Origin: an uncultured Candidatus Saccharibacteria bacterium
GTDB taxonomy: Bacteria; Patescibacteriota; Minisyncoccia; UBA6257; UBA9933
Assembly: GCA_964642155.1 (NCBI GenBank)
Contig: CAZXNT010000003.1
Coordinates: 64,899-128,898, forward strand
DNA length: 64,000 bases
Direction: 5' to 3'
Shown here piece by piece: positions 18,642 to 28,920 of the stretch. Under the pieces are notes generated by a model. The model saw only the letters and a program-made list of their open reading frames with translations. It was not told the DNA's origin and made no database searches. The number at the start of each line of letters is the position of its first letter. The stretch's first letter is position 1. A program made the translations under genes and the position numbers.

Positions 18642-20350
18642 TATTCTCGTATTACACGAAACACTTCTTCTATCGTTGTCATTCCCAATTCGGATTTTCT
18701 CAATCCATCTTCAAACATCGTAATCATCCCTTTATTTTTCGCCAATTTTATCAAATTGTCCAAAGAAAAATTAGGATTAATAATTTCCTTACGGCTATCT
18801 TCATTAATATTTAAAATTTCAAAAATTCCTATTCTACTATAATAACCCGTATTACCGCAACTCATACATCCCTTACCTTGATATAAAATTTTCGGCGCCC
18901 TAAATTCAAATTCAAGATTTAATTCTTTTAATTGTTTTTTAATGGAATTTAACAAATCTTCCGACGGCACAAATGAACTAATACAATCCAAACAAATTTT
19001 TCTAACCAAACGCTGAGCAACAATCATATTTAAAACAGCGGCGGTTAAAAATTGCGGAATTTTCATATCAATCAAACGCGGAATCGCGGTTGCCGCGTCA
19101 TTAGTGTGCAAGCTGGATAAAACCAAATGGCCGGTTAAAGCTGAATGCACAGCAATTTCAGCGGTTTCTTCATCACGAATTTCTCCGACCATAATAATAT
19201 TCGGGTCTTGCCGAAGTATTGAACGCAATCCGCTTTCAAAAGTGATTCCCGCCAAAGGATTAATTTGAATCTGATTGATATATTTCATATTGTATTCAAT
19301 CGGGTCTTCAATGGTCACTATATTCACTTCCGGCCTGTTTAAAATGTTTAAAATGGCGTAAAGCGTGGTGGTTTTTCCGCTGCCGGTCGGTCCAGTTACA
19401 AGAATCATTCCGTAAGTTTTTTTAATATTTTCTTCAACGATTTTAACCATATCATCCATCAACCCGACTTCTCTTAAAGAAAGCGGTTTTTGGGCCGCGG
19501 GCAAAAGCCTCATTTCTATCTTTTCGCCGTAAAAAGTCGGAATAATGGAAATCCTGATATCAACTAAATCCGAACCGACTTTATAATGAGTTCTACCATC
19601 TTGTGGCCTCTGATGTTCGTCTATTTTTAAAGCCGCGAGCAGTTTAATCCTTGCCACAATCGCCGGATGAACTTCTTTCGGAATTTTGGTTATTTCATGA
19701 AGAACGCCGTCAATCCTGAATCTCATTAAAATTCCGTCTTCAAAAATTTCCATATGAATATCCGAAGCGCGCAAAGAAAAAGCATAAAAAAGAATATTAT
19801 CAATAAGGGCGACGATGGGAATCGCCGAGGCCGCTTCTTCAACTGTGCCGGCCTTTTGCCTCAATGACGCCTGAATATTTTCTTCAACTATTTTTTTAAA
19901 ATTTTCCGCAAAACGGCGGCTATACATCGCAAATCCTTTGTTTAAATCGTCTTGAGTCGCAAGATACGGCTTGATATTAGCTTTTAAATTATTTCTCAAA
20001 AATTCCACCGTTCCCAAATCACTCGGATCTTCCATGGCAACGCTAATGCTCCCATTGGACTCCTTGTCAAAAACAATAACCATTTTTTGCTTGGCTAAAT
20101 TTTCAGCAAGAAGATTAAGAATTCCTTCGTCTATTTTTCTGCCGATTAAATTGGCTTTCTGAACATTAAAATAATCCGCTATAACATCATAAAAATAATC
20201 TGTTGTGATAATATTGCGCGAAATCAAAATATCGCCGATATTCTGGTCCATATGCTTCGCCTCGCTTACCAAAAAGTCAAAATTTTCCTCAGTTATCAAA
20301 CTATCTTTAATTAAAATCTCTTTTAATTTTTTATCGGGAATTTTAAGCAT
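18641..20350 (-). CDS. pilB: Type IV pilus assembly ATPase (PilB/GspE)
   Basis: ASDIH, PQDGR, GPTGSGKTTTLY, TIEDPIEY, LRQDP, GEIRD, LTGHLV. Confidence 0.95.
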   Translation of the reverse strand: MLKIPDKKLKEILIKDSLITEENFDFLVSEAKHMDQNIGDILISRNIITTDYFYDVIADYFNVQKANLIGRKIDEGILNLLAENLAKQKMVIVFDKESNGSISVAMEDPSDLGTVEFLRNNLKANIKPYLATQDDLNKGFAMYSRRFAENFKKIVEENIQASLRQKAGTVEEAASAIPIVALIDNILFYAFSLRASDIHMEIFEDGILMRFRIDGVLHEITKIPKEVHPAIVARIKLLAALKIDEHQRPQDGRTHYKVGSDLVDIRISIIPTFYGEKIEMRLLPAAQKPLSLREVGLMDDMVKIVEENIKKTYGMILVTGPTGSGKTTTLYAILNILNRPEVNIVTIEDPIEYNMKYINQIQINPLAGITFESGLRSILRQDPNIIMVGEIRDEETAEIAVHSALTGHLVLSSLHTNDAATAIPRLIDMKIPQFLTAAVLNMIVAQRLVRKICLDCISSFVPSEDLLNSIKKQLKELNLEFEFRAPKILYQGKGCMSCGNTGYYSRIGIFEILNINEDSRKEIINPNFSLDNLIKLAKNKGMITMFEDGLRKSELGMTTIEEVFRVIRE

Positions 20351-20389
20351 AGTGGTTAATAATTAAATTATACTATACAATTATTAATT

Positions 20390-21301
20390 ATGAAAACCCT
20401 TCTTCTCGTTGATGCCAATGCTTTAATTCATCGTTGCTTTCACGCTTTGCCGCCGTTCACCACAAAAGAAAACAAGCCCAGCGGCGCGATTTACGGACTA
20501 GCGAGTATTCTTATTAAAATCGCGCGAGATAACTCCGCCTTCGCTAAAGCTTCGGTGGACAAGGAAGAAATCGGCGTCAATGGAAAAGCGCCGGATTACG
20601 CAGTGGCTTTTTTTGACCGGCCGGAACCGACTTTTAGAAAAGAAATGTACGACGAATATAAAAGCCATCGTCCCAAGGCGCCCAATGAATTAATTTCGCA
20701 AATTATTGAAGCTCATCGGCTGTTTGAAAATTTCGGAATAAAAAGTTTTGAAATCCCGGGATTTGAAGCTGACGATTTAATCGGCACGGCGGTTGAAAAA
20801 TTCAAAAACAATCCGGATTTAAAAATAATAATTTTAACCGGCGATTTGGACGCGCTCCAACTTATTGAAAATGAAAAAATTATGGTTGAAACTTTTAAAA
20901 AAGGAATCAGCAACACGATAATTTATAACGAAAAAGAAACTTTGGAGAAATTCGGCGTTCTGCCGCGCCAACTTATTGATTATAAGGGACTTGTCGGCGA
21001 CCAATCAGATAATATCAAAGGCGTTTCCGGCATCGGGCCGAAAACAGCGGCTCAAATAATCCAAAAATACGGCACAATTGAACAATTTTTGGAACAAGGG
21101 CAAAAGGAAAAATCTTATGAAAAAATCAACGCTTCGCGTGAAATGGCTTTATTATCAAAAAAATTGGCGACGATCAGACGCGACACGCCGTTGGAAATAA
21201 ATAATCTTGAAGAATTAAAATACGAAGGAATCTTCAAAGAAAAACTCCTCGCGTATTTTGAGGAGTTTGGATTCCAAAGTTTAGCAAAGAGAATAAACTA
21301 A
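20390..21301 (+). CDS. Stand-alone 5'-3' exonuclease (Pol I N-terminal domain)
   Basis: LLVDANALIHR, YKSHR, EADDLIG, TGDLD, GDQSDNIKGVSGIGPKTA. Confidence 0.92.
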   Translation: MKTLLLVDANALIHRCFHALPPFTTKENKPSGAIYGLASILIKIARDNSAFAKASVDKEEIGVNGKAPDYAVAFFDRPEPTFRKEMYDEYKSHRPKAPNELISQIIEAHRLFENFGIKSFEIPGFEADDLIGTAVEKFKNNPDLKIIILTGDLDALQLIENEKIMVETFKKGISNTIIYNEKETLEKFGVLPRQLIDYKGLVGDQSDNIKGVSGIGPKTAAQIIQKYGTIEQFLEQGQKEKSYEKINASREMALLSKKLATIRRDTPLEINNLEELKYEGIFKEKLLAYFEEFGFQSLAKRIN

Positions 21302-21726
21302 ATAGGTTTTATTACTACGTACCTCTCCCTCCCCTCTCCCACGCTTTCCGTTTTAATATCAGGATGTTTAGCAAGTTCCGTATGGACAAGACGGCGCTCA
21401 TAAGCATTCATTATCGGCAAAGACATTTCTTTTTTCTCGGCAATAGATTTTCTCGCCGTCACCCGAGCAATTTCCAAAATTAAATCTTCGCGTTTCCGAC
21501 GATAATTATTAATATCAACTATAACAAAATCAACATTATTTTTTTTGGCTATCAATTTAATAATTGAATCAAAACTGTTCATAATTGACGGCAAATTATT
21601 TTCCGAAATAAAACTGTCATTTATAAATATAGAAAATCTTCCGTTGTCAGCGGAATAATTAACCGAAAAATCATCAAACCCCATCATCCCGATAATTTCT
21701 TTAATTATTGATTCAATTTTTTCCAT
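21298..21726 (-). CDS. Jag/KhpB-like R3H-domain RNA-binding protein
   Basis: DINNYR, MNAYERRLVH, ESVGEG; follows yidC. Confidence 0.88.
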   Translation of the reverse strand: MEKIESIIKEIIGMMGFDDFSVNYSADNGRFSIFINDSFISENNLPSIMNSFDSIIKLIAKKNNVDFVIVDINNYRRKREDLILEIARVTARKSIAEKKEMSLPIMNAYERRLVHTELAKHPDIKTESVGEGRERYVVIKPI

Positions 21727-22396
21727 TTGTGTTTATGTTTAACCGTTTATTGATGACTATTTGTTGAATAACCGAAAAAATAGACGTTGTCAACCAATAA
21801 AGTCCAACGGCCGAAGGCAAATAACTTAAAAACATCACCGTTAAAACCGGACCGAAAAAAACCATTTGCCTTCCCATTTTTTCCATCGGCGACAATTCTC
21901 CGCCGTCCTTGACTGTTTTCGGCAAAGCCAATTTTCCCTGAAAATACTGCGCCAAAGCCGCCAAAACAACAATAACCAAACTACGACTGTTCAAATCAAT
22001 AAAACCGAGAAAATAATGATTTAAAACTCCATTACCGTTTATGCCCTTAAGAAAAACCCAATAAAGAGCGATTAAAACCGGCAATTGAATGATAATAATC
22101 AGAAACTGAGAAAGAGGATTCACTTTATGTTCGCGATAAAGTTCCATCATCACCTGCGCTTGTTTGGCGCGGTCGTCTTTATAGTCTTTTTGAATTTCTT
22201 TTATTTTAGGCGCCAAACGCTGCATAATCGCCTGGTCTTTAGCGCCCTTATAAAACAACGGCAATAAAATAATTCTAATCGCAATTGTTAAAACAATAAT
22301 GGCAACGCCCAAATCATGGCCGGGAATATTTTCGTATAAAAAAATCAAGGCGCTTAATAATGGATTATATAAATATGTGTTAAAAAGTGATGACAT
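21713..22396 (-). CDS. yidC: Membrane protein insertase YidC
   Basis: LGVAIIVLTIAIRIILLPL, MELYREHKVNP, QLP, GLYW. Confidence 0.93.
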   Translation of the reverse strand: MSSLFNTYLYNPLLSALIFLYENIPGHDLGVAIIVLTIAIRIILLPLFYKGAKDQAIMQRLAPKIKEIQKDYKDDRAKQAQVMMELYREHKVNPLSQFLIIIIQLPVLIALYWVFLKGINGNGVLNHYFLGFIDLNSRSLVIVVLAALAQYFQGKLALPKTVKDGGELSPMEKMGRQMVFFGPVLTVMFLSYLPSAVGLYWLTTSIFSVIQQIVINKRLNINTNGKN

Positions 22397-22706
22397 TTTT
22401 TAATTCTTTTTCAATTTCATTTTTATCTAATTTCGCGGTTGCGGACAAAACAGTTATCGCCGCATCCCGACCGCCGATTTCATATAACTTATTCAATCGA
22501 ATAAAATCATAAATAATTCTTTTAATTCTATTTCGTTTTACCGCTGATTTTGAAACTTTTGCGCTGATAATCACTCCAAAACGGCTGAAAGATAAATCAT
22601 TAGCGGACATCCTTACAATAAAAAAATCGCTTCTGCGGCTTATTATTTTCTTATTCCTATTTTTCAACCAATTTTGAATTTGAAGCCGAAATTTTTTAGC
22701 AAGCAT
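22380..22706 (-). CDS. rnpA: RNase P protein component
   Basis: RFGVIISAKVSKSAVKRNRIKR. Confidence 0.93.
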   Translation of the reverse strand: MLAKKFRLQIQNWLKNRNKKIISRRSDFFIVRMSANDLSFSRFGVIISAKVSKSAVKRNRIKRIIYDFIRLNKLYEIGGRDAAITVLSATAKLDKNEIEKELKNVITF

Positions 22707-22708
22707 AT

Positions 22709-22843
22709 TTACACGGTGATTTTCTTTCTTCCCTTTCTCCTTCTTCTATTCAAAACATTCGTTCCTCCGACGGTTCGGCTGCGCTTCAAAAATCCATGCG
22801 TTCTGCTCCTTTTTCTTTTTTTCGGCTGATATGTTACTGACAT
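22709..22843 (-). CDS. rpmH: 50S ribosomal protein L34
   Basis: Not in ORF track; [44 protein letters not shown]; rpmH-rnpA-yidC synteny. Confidence 0.95.
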   Translation of the reverse strand: MSVTYQPKKRKRSRTHGFLKRSRTVGGTNVLNRRRRKGRKKITV

Positions 22844-22869
22844 TTTTAAAATATATCAAAACAAACAAT

Positions 22870-22906
22870 AAAAAACAATACCCGCAAATGCGGGTATTGT
22901 TTTTTT
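22870..22906. terminator. Intrinsic terminator after the pilin array
   Basis: AAAAAACAATACCCGC-AAAT-GCGGGTATTGTTTTTT. Confidence 0.8.
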
Positions 22907-22920
22907 CTAATTTCTAAACT

Positions 22921-23268
22921 TTATTGTCCTGTTGCCAAGAAGGTGGATACAATCGTGTCCACGCTAACGGCAATAAGAGCGACGATAATCGCGATTGCCG
23001 CGTAAATAATTTGGTCTCTCGCGTTTTTCACTTTCTCCGGGTCGCCTTGCGCGGTCAGATAAGTAAAGGCCGCGAAAAGAATGAATAAAACCGCGATGAT
23101 AAAGAATATTATATAAACCCACCTGACGAGATTTTTAATCACGTCAACGGTGCCGGTTACGGTTGTCGGACCAGTCGGAGTAATTCCGGGGATATCAACT
23201 GCCATTGCCGAACTCGCCAACACCAAAGACATTGCCACGATTCCTAAAATTCCAAAAAATTTTTTCAT
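22921..23268 (-). CDS. TrbC/VirB2-like pilin
   Basis: Signal peptide, two TM helices around YLTAQGDPEKVKNARDQIIYA. Confidence 0.8.
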   Translation of the reverse strand: MKKFFGILGIVAMSLVLASSAMAVDIPGITPTGPTTVTGTVDVIKNLVRWVYIIFFIIAVLFILFAAFTYLTAQGDPEKVKNARDQIIYAAIAIIVALIAVSVDTIVSTFLATGQ

Positions 23269-23322
23269 ATTTGAACTTTTAAACTTTGAAACTTTTATTT
23301 TCTCGACCTTTTTGATTTATTC

Positions 23323-23408
23323 TATCCCTCACCCTTCAAAGATATTTTAAAAAATAATTACTTATTATTCAAGTATCTATGTCTTTCTATTTTTGAAGGG
23401 TGAGGGAT
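23323..23408. repeat. Second CCCTCACCCTT inverted-repeat element
   Basis: TATCCCTCACCCTTCAAA...TTTGAAGGGTGAGGGATA. Confidence 0.8.
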
Positions 23409-23436
23409 AATACAAAAAATTTTTTAAAATTACAAA

Positions 23437-23880
23437 TCATTTTAGTGGCTGATAGCGTTGTTCAAAACCTTTCGGCGTTGGCCAATACTGTTTGCCACCA
23501 CCCCCACCTCCTTGATTATCTATAATGCTCTTTACAATCAAATCAATTCCCAGCGCCATAAATGCCACAACAATCGCTATTGCGGCATAAATAATCTGAT
23601 TATGGGCATTTTTTACTTTTTCCGGATCGCCTTGGGCGGTCAGATAAGTGTAAGCCGCGAAAATAATAAACAGCACGGCAATAATGAAAAATATAATATA
23701 CGTCCATCGAACAATGGTTTCAATGATGCTTTTGATTCCGCCCGCCGTTTCATTTTGTAAAGTTTTGCTAATACCCAAATCGCCGGAATCGGGAATCTGA
23801 CCGGCAGTAATAGCAAAAACCGATGAAATCAAAATTAAGAAACTTATAGAAATTAATAAACTTAAATATAGTATTCGCAT
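23437..23880 (-). CDS. TrbC/VirB2-like pilin
   Basis: YLTAQGDPEKVKNAHNQIIYA; close paralog of 22921-23268. Confidence 0.8.
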   Translation of the reverse strand: MRILYLSLLISISFLILISSVFAITAGQIPDSGDLGISKTLQNETAGGIKSIIETIVRWTYIIFFIIAVLFIIFAAYTYLTAQGDPEKVKNAHNQIIYAAIAIVVAFMALGIDLIVKSIIDNQGGGGGGKQYWPTPKGFEQRYQPLK

Positions 23881-24011
23881 TATTTTAAATTAAATTTGTA
23901 TATTTGCGTTTGATTTGTATATTCGCGATTACTCTTATATTTTATAATATGTATAAAAAAAAGCAATAATAAATCCCCTGCTCGCCATCGCGAAAACAGG
24001 GGATAAAAAAA

Positions 24012-24512
24012 TTATTTCGGCTGGTATGCATACCAATGGTAGTCCTTGCCGAAATATTCAAACATACGCGGGCCTGATGTAATTTCACCAACGCGGTCCA
24101 ACTTTCCGTTAATAATATAAAAAACTTTGTAAGTGCCTGGCAAAAGATAATTCTCTTTCCAGTCGCCGGGGGACAAAACATAACTCTTCACCTCATATCC
24201 CTTTTTATGTTTTATAACAATCTGAACGGTTTCGTAATTACTATCATTATGCACAACGCCCTTGTAACCCTGATTAACACCATTAATAATTTTTGTTTCT
24301 ATCGGTTGCTCTTTTAATTTAGAAATAGCCATCGCGCCCACTTCCTTATCAAAAGCCAACTGAGCTTTGTCGCGCTTAATTTCTGCGACTTCGTTTAAAT
24401 ATGCATCGCCCTTCCATTCACCTTTGTCATACTGCGCTTCACTTTTGAAACGCGGTCCAGCACAACCTATAAACAAAAACACTACCATAACTATCATCAC
24501 TATCTTTTTCAT
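24012..24512 (-). CDS. Orphan lipoprotein
   Basis: Lipobox FIGC; SD AAGGAGG; own promoter and terminator. Confidence 0.75.
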   Translation of the reverse strand: MKKIVMIVMVVFLFIGCAGPRFKSEAQYDKGEWKGDAYLNEVAEIKRDKAQLAFDKEVGAMAISKLKEQPIETKIINGVNQGYKGVVHNDSNYETVQIVIKHKKGYEVKSYVLSPGDWKENYLLPGTYKVFYIINGKLDRVGEITSGPRMFEYFGKDYHWYAYQPK

Positions 24513-24645
24513 AGTAATACCTCCTTATTTAAATATAGTTATTTATTTTTAAGAACCTTAAATAGGGTATCACAAATTTTTTATTTTGTCAATACTATTG
24601 TCCAGGAAGATTAGTAGCACTTCTTTCCTTCGGAGTGAATGTTTT

Positions 24646-25143
24646 TTAATAAGTAGGAGCAGAAGCAGGAGTAGGATAAGTAGGACTTTGTGTTTGAGAT
24701 GCGCCACTATTGCCTCCGCCACTCGAAGGGCCAATAATGCTTCCGACTATCGCGTTTATGCTTACCGCCAGCAAAGCTACGGCAATCGCTATAGAGGCGT
24801 AAATAATTTGGTTGGTGGCGCTTTTAATTTTTTCCGGTTCGGCTTGGGCGGTCAAATAAGTATAAGCCGCCAATAAAATCATAAACACCGCGACAATGAA
24901 GAAAATTGTGTAAGTCCATCTAAGAACCGTCATAAGAATGACGACTACTCCTTCAAACCTTGAAATACCCGCTCCTTTGGGAATAAGAGGATTTGTAGTA
25001 GGAGAAGCAACTTCACCAGTATAAGGAATAACAGCATTAACAAAATTACATGACAAAAAAACGCTAAATAATATAATTATTGATAAAATAATAAAATTTT
25101 TTCTAATAAACATTTTATTTAATAAAATTTTTAATAATTTCAT
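24646..25143 (-). CDS. TrbC/VirB2-like pilin (start may be 25113)
   Basis: YLTAQAEPEKIKSATNQIIYA. Confidence 0.75.
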   Translation of the reverse strand: MKLLKILLNKMFIRKNFIILSIIILFSVFLSCNFVNAVIPYTGEVASPTTNPLIPKGAGISRFEGVVVILMTVLRWTYTIFFIVAVFMILLAAYTYLTAQAEPEKIKSATNQIIYASIAIAVALLAVSINAIVGSIIGPSSGGGNSGASQTQSPTYPTPASAPTY

Positions 25144-25468
25144 TAGCGCCGACGGAAATTAAAGCCACGGCAATGGAGATAGCGGCATAAATAATTTTGT
25201 GATTTGCACTTTTAATTTTTTCCGGGTCATCGCCGCCGGTTAAATAACTGAATGCCGCCAAAATAACAAATCCAATTGCCACTATAAAAAATGCTGTGTA
25301 AAGAACATTAACAATTTTTGTTAAAATATTCATTACATCGTTTATGCCTGTTACTGGACAATCTACGCTTGTATTACCAGGACATGGTTTAGCAAAACCA
25401 ACAGCCGGGAAAATAATTATTAAATAAAAAATTGTTAAAAATAATAAAATTTTTGAGAATTTATTCAT
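25115..25468 (-). CDS. TrbC/VirB2-like pilin
   Basis: YLTGGDDPEKIKSANHKIIYA. Confidence 0.78.
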   Translation of the reverse strand: MNKFSKILLFLTIFYLIIIFPAVGFAKPCPGNTSVDCPVTGINDVMNILTKIVNVLYTAFFIVAIGFVILAAFSYLTGGDDPEKIKSANHKIIYAAISIAVALISVGANEIIKNFIK

Positions 25469-25941
25469 TTTTTTGTTGAGATAAACGCATCCGACTTATT
25501 GGTTATTATTTCTCCCATTATATAAATAACTCCCCAAGAACACAAGACAATAATATAACCCACCACCGCCCAAAGAATGACATCCTTGCCGGATTTCACT
25601 TTTTCCGGACTGTCGCCCGCGGTCAAAATAAGAAAACCGCCGTAAATCACCATAATCGCCAAAATCGGCGCGCCAATTTTAATAAGATAACCGATAATGT
25701 TTTGGATAATGGTGAAAATTGTTTTACCGGCGAAGGGGTCTTGGAGGTTACCATTAGATGATCCTCCTTGAGCATAAGGTGAACCCTGACCAAGGGGCAA
25801 TGGACCAATAAAATTAGCATCGCCTGGCTGCGGCGCTGCCATTACAATATCATTATTAATGACAAAAAATAAACCACCAAAAGAAATAATAAATATTATA
25901 ATCAAATATAAAAACTTATTTCTGAAAAATAATTTAATCAT
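25465..25941 (-). CDS. TrbC/VirB2-like pilin
   Basis: ILTAGDSPEKVKSGKDVILWAVVG. Confidence 0.78.
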   Translation of the reverse strand: MIKLFFRNKFLYLIIIFIISFGGLFFVINNDIVMAAPQPGDANFIGPLPLGQGSPYAQGGSSNGNLQDPFAGKTIFTIIQNIIGYLIKIGAPILAIMVIYGGFLILTAGDSPEKVKSGKDVILWAVVGYIIVLCSWGVIYIMGEIITNKSDAFISTKK

Positions 25942-26086
25942 TTAATTAATTATATTATAAATTAAATTTATTAATATTTCAAGACTTAATATATTAATTT
26001 TATTATAACAAATAATTTAAAAATAAAATAGCTGCGTTTGGATAAATCCGCGCGCAGCTTTTTTTTAACACCTCCTAATTATATAA

Positions 26087-26881
26087 TTATATTTTGGTTA
26101 TTCTTATTAAGGTATCAGGTTGGATACCCTTAAGACCCAATCTCCCAATAGATCCTGTGCCGTTCCAATATGAAACGCCGGTTGGCATTTCATACTCTTT
26201 TATTCCCACAACTGAATCCCAAGAAAGAGCAATGAATGGCTTATCGCTTTCTAAGCGGTGATGTGTTCCAGAGGACACAACCACTGTTTGAATTTCTTTC
26301 CCGACTTGCAGATAGAACTCTTCTATCGGGGAAATTGCCGCTACCGACGCGCCAGCATTCGTAATTTTTAACGGCTTCGATTCAAACTTACCCGCCGCTT
26401 TATCTCTCCCCCCGAGGAAAAAAATAATGGTTAAGATAATAGCAATAAGTGCCATAGCGCTAATTGCCGTCTTCTGTATCCTTCCTTTTGTTCCAATCGC
26501 AAGGAAAAATATCGCAACAGCAACCAAAACCACTACGGGAACCAATCCTCGGTCATTCCAAACCGGAACGATTGAAAAATAAACTCCGAGAACCAATTCC
26601 GCGGCAATTATTGTGGCAATCCAAGCAAGAACCGTGCGGCCTTTTTTAAAGGCGGCGACTACGGCTATTATAATTGGATCAATAGCGGCAATAATAGAAA
26701 ACGCTATCGCCACAACCGGTATTAAGGCCGCTATGGACGTTACTGCAGGAGAGCCTATTAAAGCTACCCCGCAAATCAATATCGGCCATAATACTATCAA
26801 TAAAATCGCAGCCCGCGCAATTCTATTCCCTGTGTTCCAAAGAGCGACGAATATCGCCCATAATTCTTGCAGAGTGTTCAT
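26087..26881 (-). CDS. Hypothetical multi-pass membrane protein
   Basis: About six hydrophobic segments plus a soluble C-terminus; coupled to the upstream ORF. Confidence 0.7.
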   Translation of the reverse strand: MNTLQELWAIFVALWNTGNRIARAAILLIVLWPILICGVALIGSPAVTSIAALIPVVAIAFSIIAAIDPIIIAVVAAFKKGRTVLAWIATIIAAELVLGVYFSIVPVWNDRGLVPVVVLVAVAIFFLAIGTKGRIQKTAISAMALIAIILTIIFFLGGRDKAAGKFESKPLKITNAGASVAAISPIEEFYLQVGKEIQTVVVSSGTHHRLESDKPFIALSWDSVVGIKEYEMPTGVSYWNGTGSIGRLGLKGIQPDTLIRITKI

Positions 26882-27534
26882 TATCTTATCCCCCTTTCTG
26901 CCATAATTTTTCTGAAACCGCCGAGTTTCTGAGCAACAGCTTGATCAGTTTTTTTAATGGTATCGCTTATCTGGAATTCCTGATTGAATTCCTTACTGAA
27001 CTCTATAAGTCCGTCTGAGAATTCACGGAATCCCTTGATAAAAGACTTCCACTTTTTCTGCCAATCAATTGGTTCATCGACCGGCTCGGTTTTTACCTCT
27101 AACTTTGGCTTTGGTTTTGCATCTTCAATAAGCTTAAGAAGCGCCAGCCGACACTCAAATTCTATTTTCATTCTTTCGGCTTCCGCTTTTGGATCTTTGG
27201 ATTTTTTAAGACGCCATTTCGCGTCGTTAAAAAATTCATCCATCCAATCTTCCACTGCCCCTTTTTTCTCTTTTTCTGAAGCTCCGCCAAGCGCTCCGGT
27301 AAAAAAATCGCTAAAATCAATGGCTTTCTCAACCGCTATCGCAGCAGTTGGTGGTAACTTTTCAGCCATGGATTCAACAAATCCTTTTACAACGCCTTGC
27401 GCCACTCCAAAAAGGTCTGAGCGCAAGTAGCTATTTGTTGGAATCTTTTTTGCCAACTTTTGCGCCCAGTTTTTTAAAACCGGATCAAGGGCGCCAATAG
27501 CTGCGCCTAAAAATTCCTTTTTCTTTGCCATCAC
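26881..27534 (-). CDS. Hypothetical helical protein
   Basis: 217-aa ORF with SD GAGGAGG. Confidence 0.7.
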   Translation of the reverse strand: MMAKKKEFLGAAIGALDPVLKNWAQKLAKKIPTNSYLRSDLFGVAQGVVKGFVESMAEKLPPTAAIAVEKAIDFSDFFTGALGGASEKEKKGAVEDWMDEFFNDAKWRLKKSKDPKAEAERMKIEFECRLALLKLIEDAKPKPKLEVKTEPVDEPIDWQKKWKSFIKGFREFSDGLIEFSKEFNQEFQISDTIKKTDQAVAQKLGGFRKIMAERGIR

Positions 27535-27780
27535 ATCCTCCTCGGCTATTCAGCCATTCAGTTTTTTATTTTCAATCATTTTTAATTTTTAAGGTCCAAA
27601 ATCAAAAGACAAAGCCTCTTGATTTATGGCCAAATAATAACATAGGAGTTCAAAAAAGTCAACCCCATGCAAAACCGGTTCAAGAAACTAACGCAACATA
27701 AGTAAATCGAAGTTTTTCTCTATTGTTTATTCTTTTGCTTTTTTACTATTTTTCTTTATTTTTATATTATTATTCTTCTC

Positions 27781-28829
27781 TTCTGCTATCCCCAGGGATA
27801 GCAGAAATATTTCTTGGATTTATTTTGTAAATCTTACAAGGTTAAACCTTGTAAATAATTTTGAGAGTAATAATTTTATAAACAAACGCTATCACTAAAA
27901 TGTTCCTGCTCTCCCTGGGGAGAGCAGGATAAAAAAGACATAAGAAAAAATAAGAACATAAAAATATAAGGGGAAAATAAAAAAAAGAAATGAAAGGGGG
28001 GAATAAAATAAAGGAAATAAAATAAAGAATAAAATAAAAAAGATAAAAATAAAAAATGAAGAAAGTGAAAAATAAAAATAAATTTCCTGCTCTCCCCATG
28101 GAGAGCAGAATAGAATATAATATAAAGAAAACACAAAAGGTCGACCTTAATAATTAATGATAAAAAATAATAAAAATTAAAATTTAATTCATTTATAATT
28201 TATAATGATATAATTTTATGATTAATTTATTTATGAAACATCTTTCTTCTGAAAATTCCATAAAACAACTCCCAGAATTTAAATCAAGAAAAGAATGGCA
28301 AGAATACATTTGGCAAGAATTTATAAAAAAACTTTACAAAGCAAAATCGGCAAAACAAACGCAAGAATATCTGGAAAGTTTTTTAAGCGCGAGAGAGCGA
28401 GATTTAATTATTAAACGAATAATTGCCACTGCCTTAATCAGCCAAGGTAAAAAATACAGAGAAATAGGAGAAATTTTATGGCTATCCCATAACACAATTA
28501 GCGCCATTAAAAAGGGTCTTTTAAAAAAGACTATTTATCACGGATATAAATATTATCGCGTTCAAAAATTAAAAAACGGCCCTGATAATAAAAATTCACT
28601 TAAAATAACGATTGATAATTTAGGAGAGGCGACTTTGGATTTTGTAAATTGGCTTTCTCGATTACCGATTTCACCGGCAGCGATTAAATATGGAAAACTC
28701 TTTAATTCATATGAGCAAGATAAGGCAAAATATAGTAAAAAATAAAAATAAATTAAAAATAAAATATTCTTGAACTTAAATACTGCTTTGATTAATTTTA
28801 TCCTTGCTCTCCCTGGGGAGAGCAAGGAT
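27781..28829. repeat. Four copies of palindrome TGCT(A/C)TCC-N4-GGA(T/G)AGCA (27781-27806, 27904-27929, 28087-28108, 28800-28829)
   Basis: Read directly; three upstream and one downstream of the second TrpR-like gene. Confidence 0.85.
28218..28745 (+). CDS. TrpR/YerC-YecD-like helix-turn-helix protein (paralog of 13930-14427)
   Basis: EFKSRKEWQEYIW, FLSARERDLIIKRI, GKKYREIGEILWLSHNTISAIKK. Confidence 0.8.
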   Translation: MINLFMKHLSSENSIKQLPEFKSRKEWQEYIWQEFIKKLYKAKSAKQTQEYLESFLSARERDLIIKRIIATALISQGKKYREIGEILWLSHNTISAIKKGLLKKTIYHGYKYYRVQKLKNGPDNKNSLKITIDNLGEATLDFVNWLSRLPISPAAIKYGKLFNSYEQDKAKYSKK

Positions 28830-28920
28830 TTTTAAAAAAGATAATTACCATAAAATATAATTACTATAATTTAATACAAATAGTCACTATTTGATTCTCC
28901 TATCTGCGAACTCTAATTCC

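Noticed and set aside
24012-27534. Integron cassettes
   Set aside because: No attC-like sites or integron integrase seen; the units carry their own promoters
27842-28136. Three overlapping Phe-rich ORFs
   Set aside because: Translations of the low-complexity purine tract between palindromes; no coding signal
13695-28829. CRISPR array from the repeated palindromes
   Set aside because: Irregular spacing, genes between copies, no uniform spacers, no cas genes
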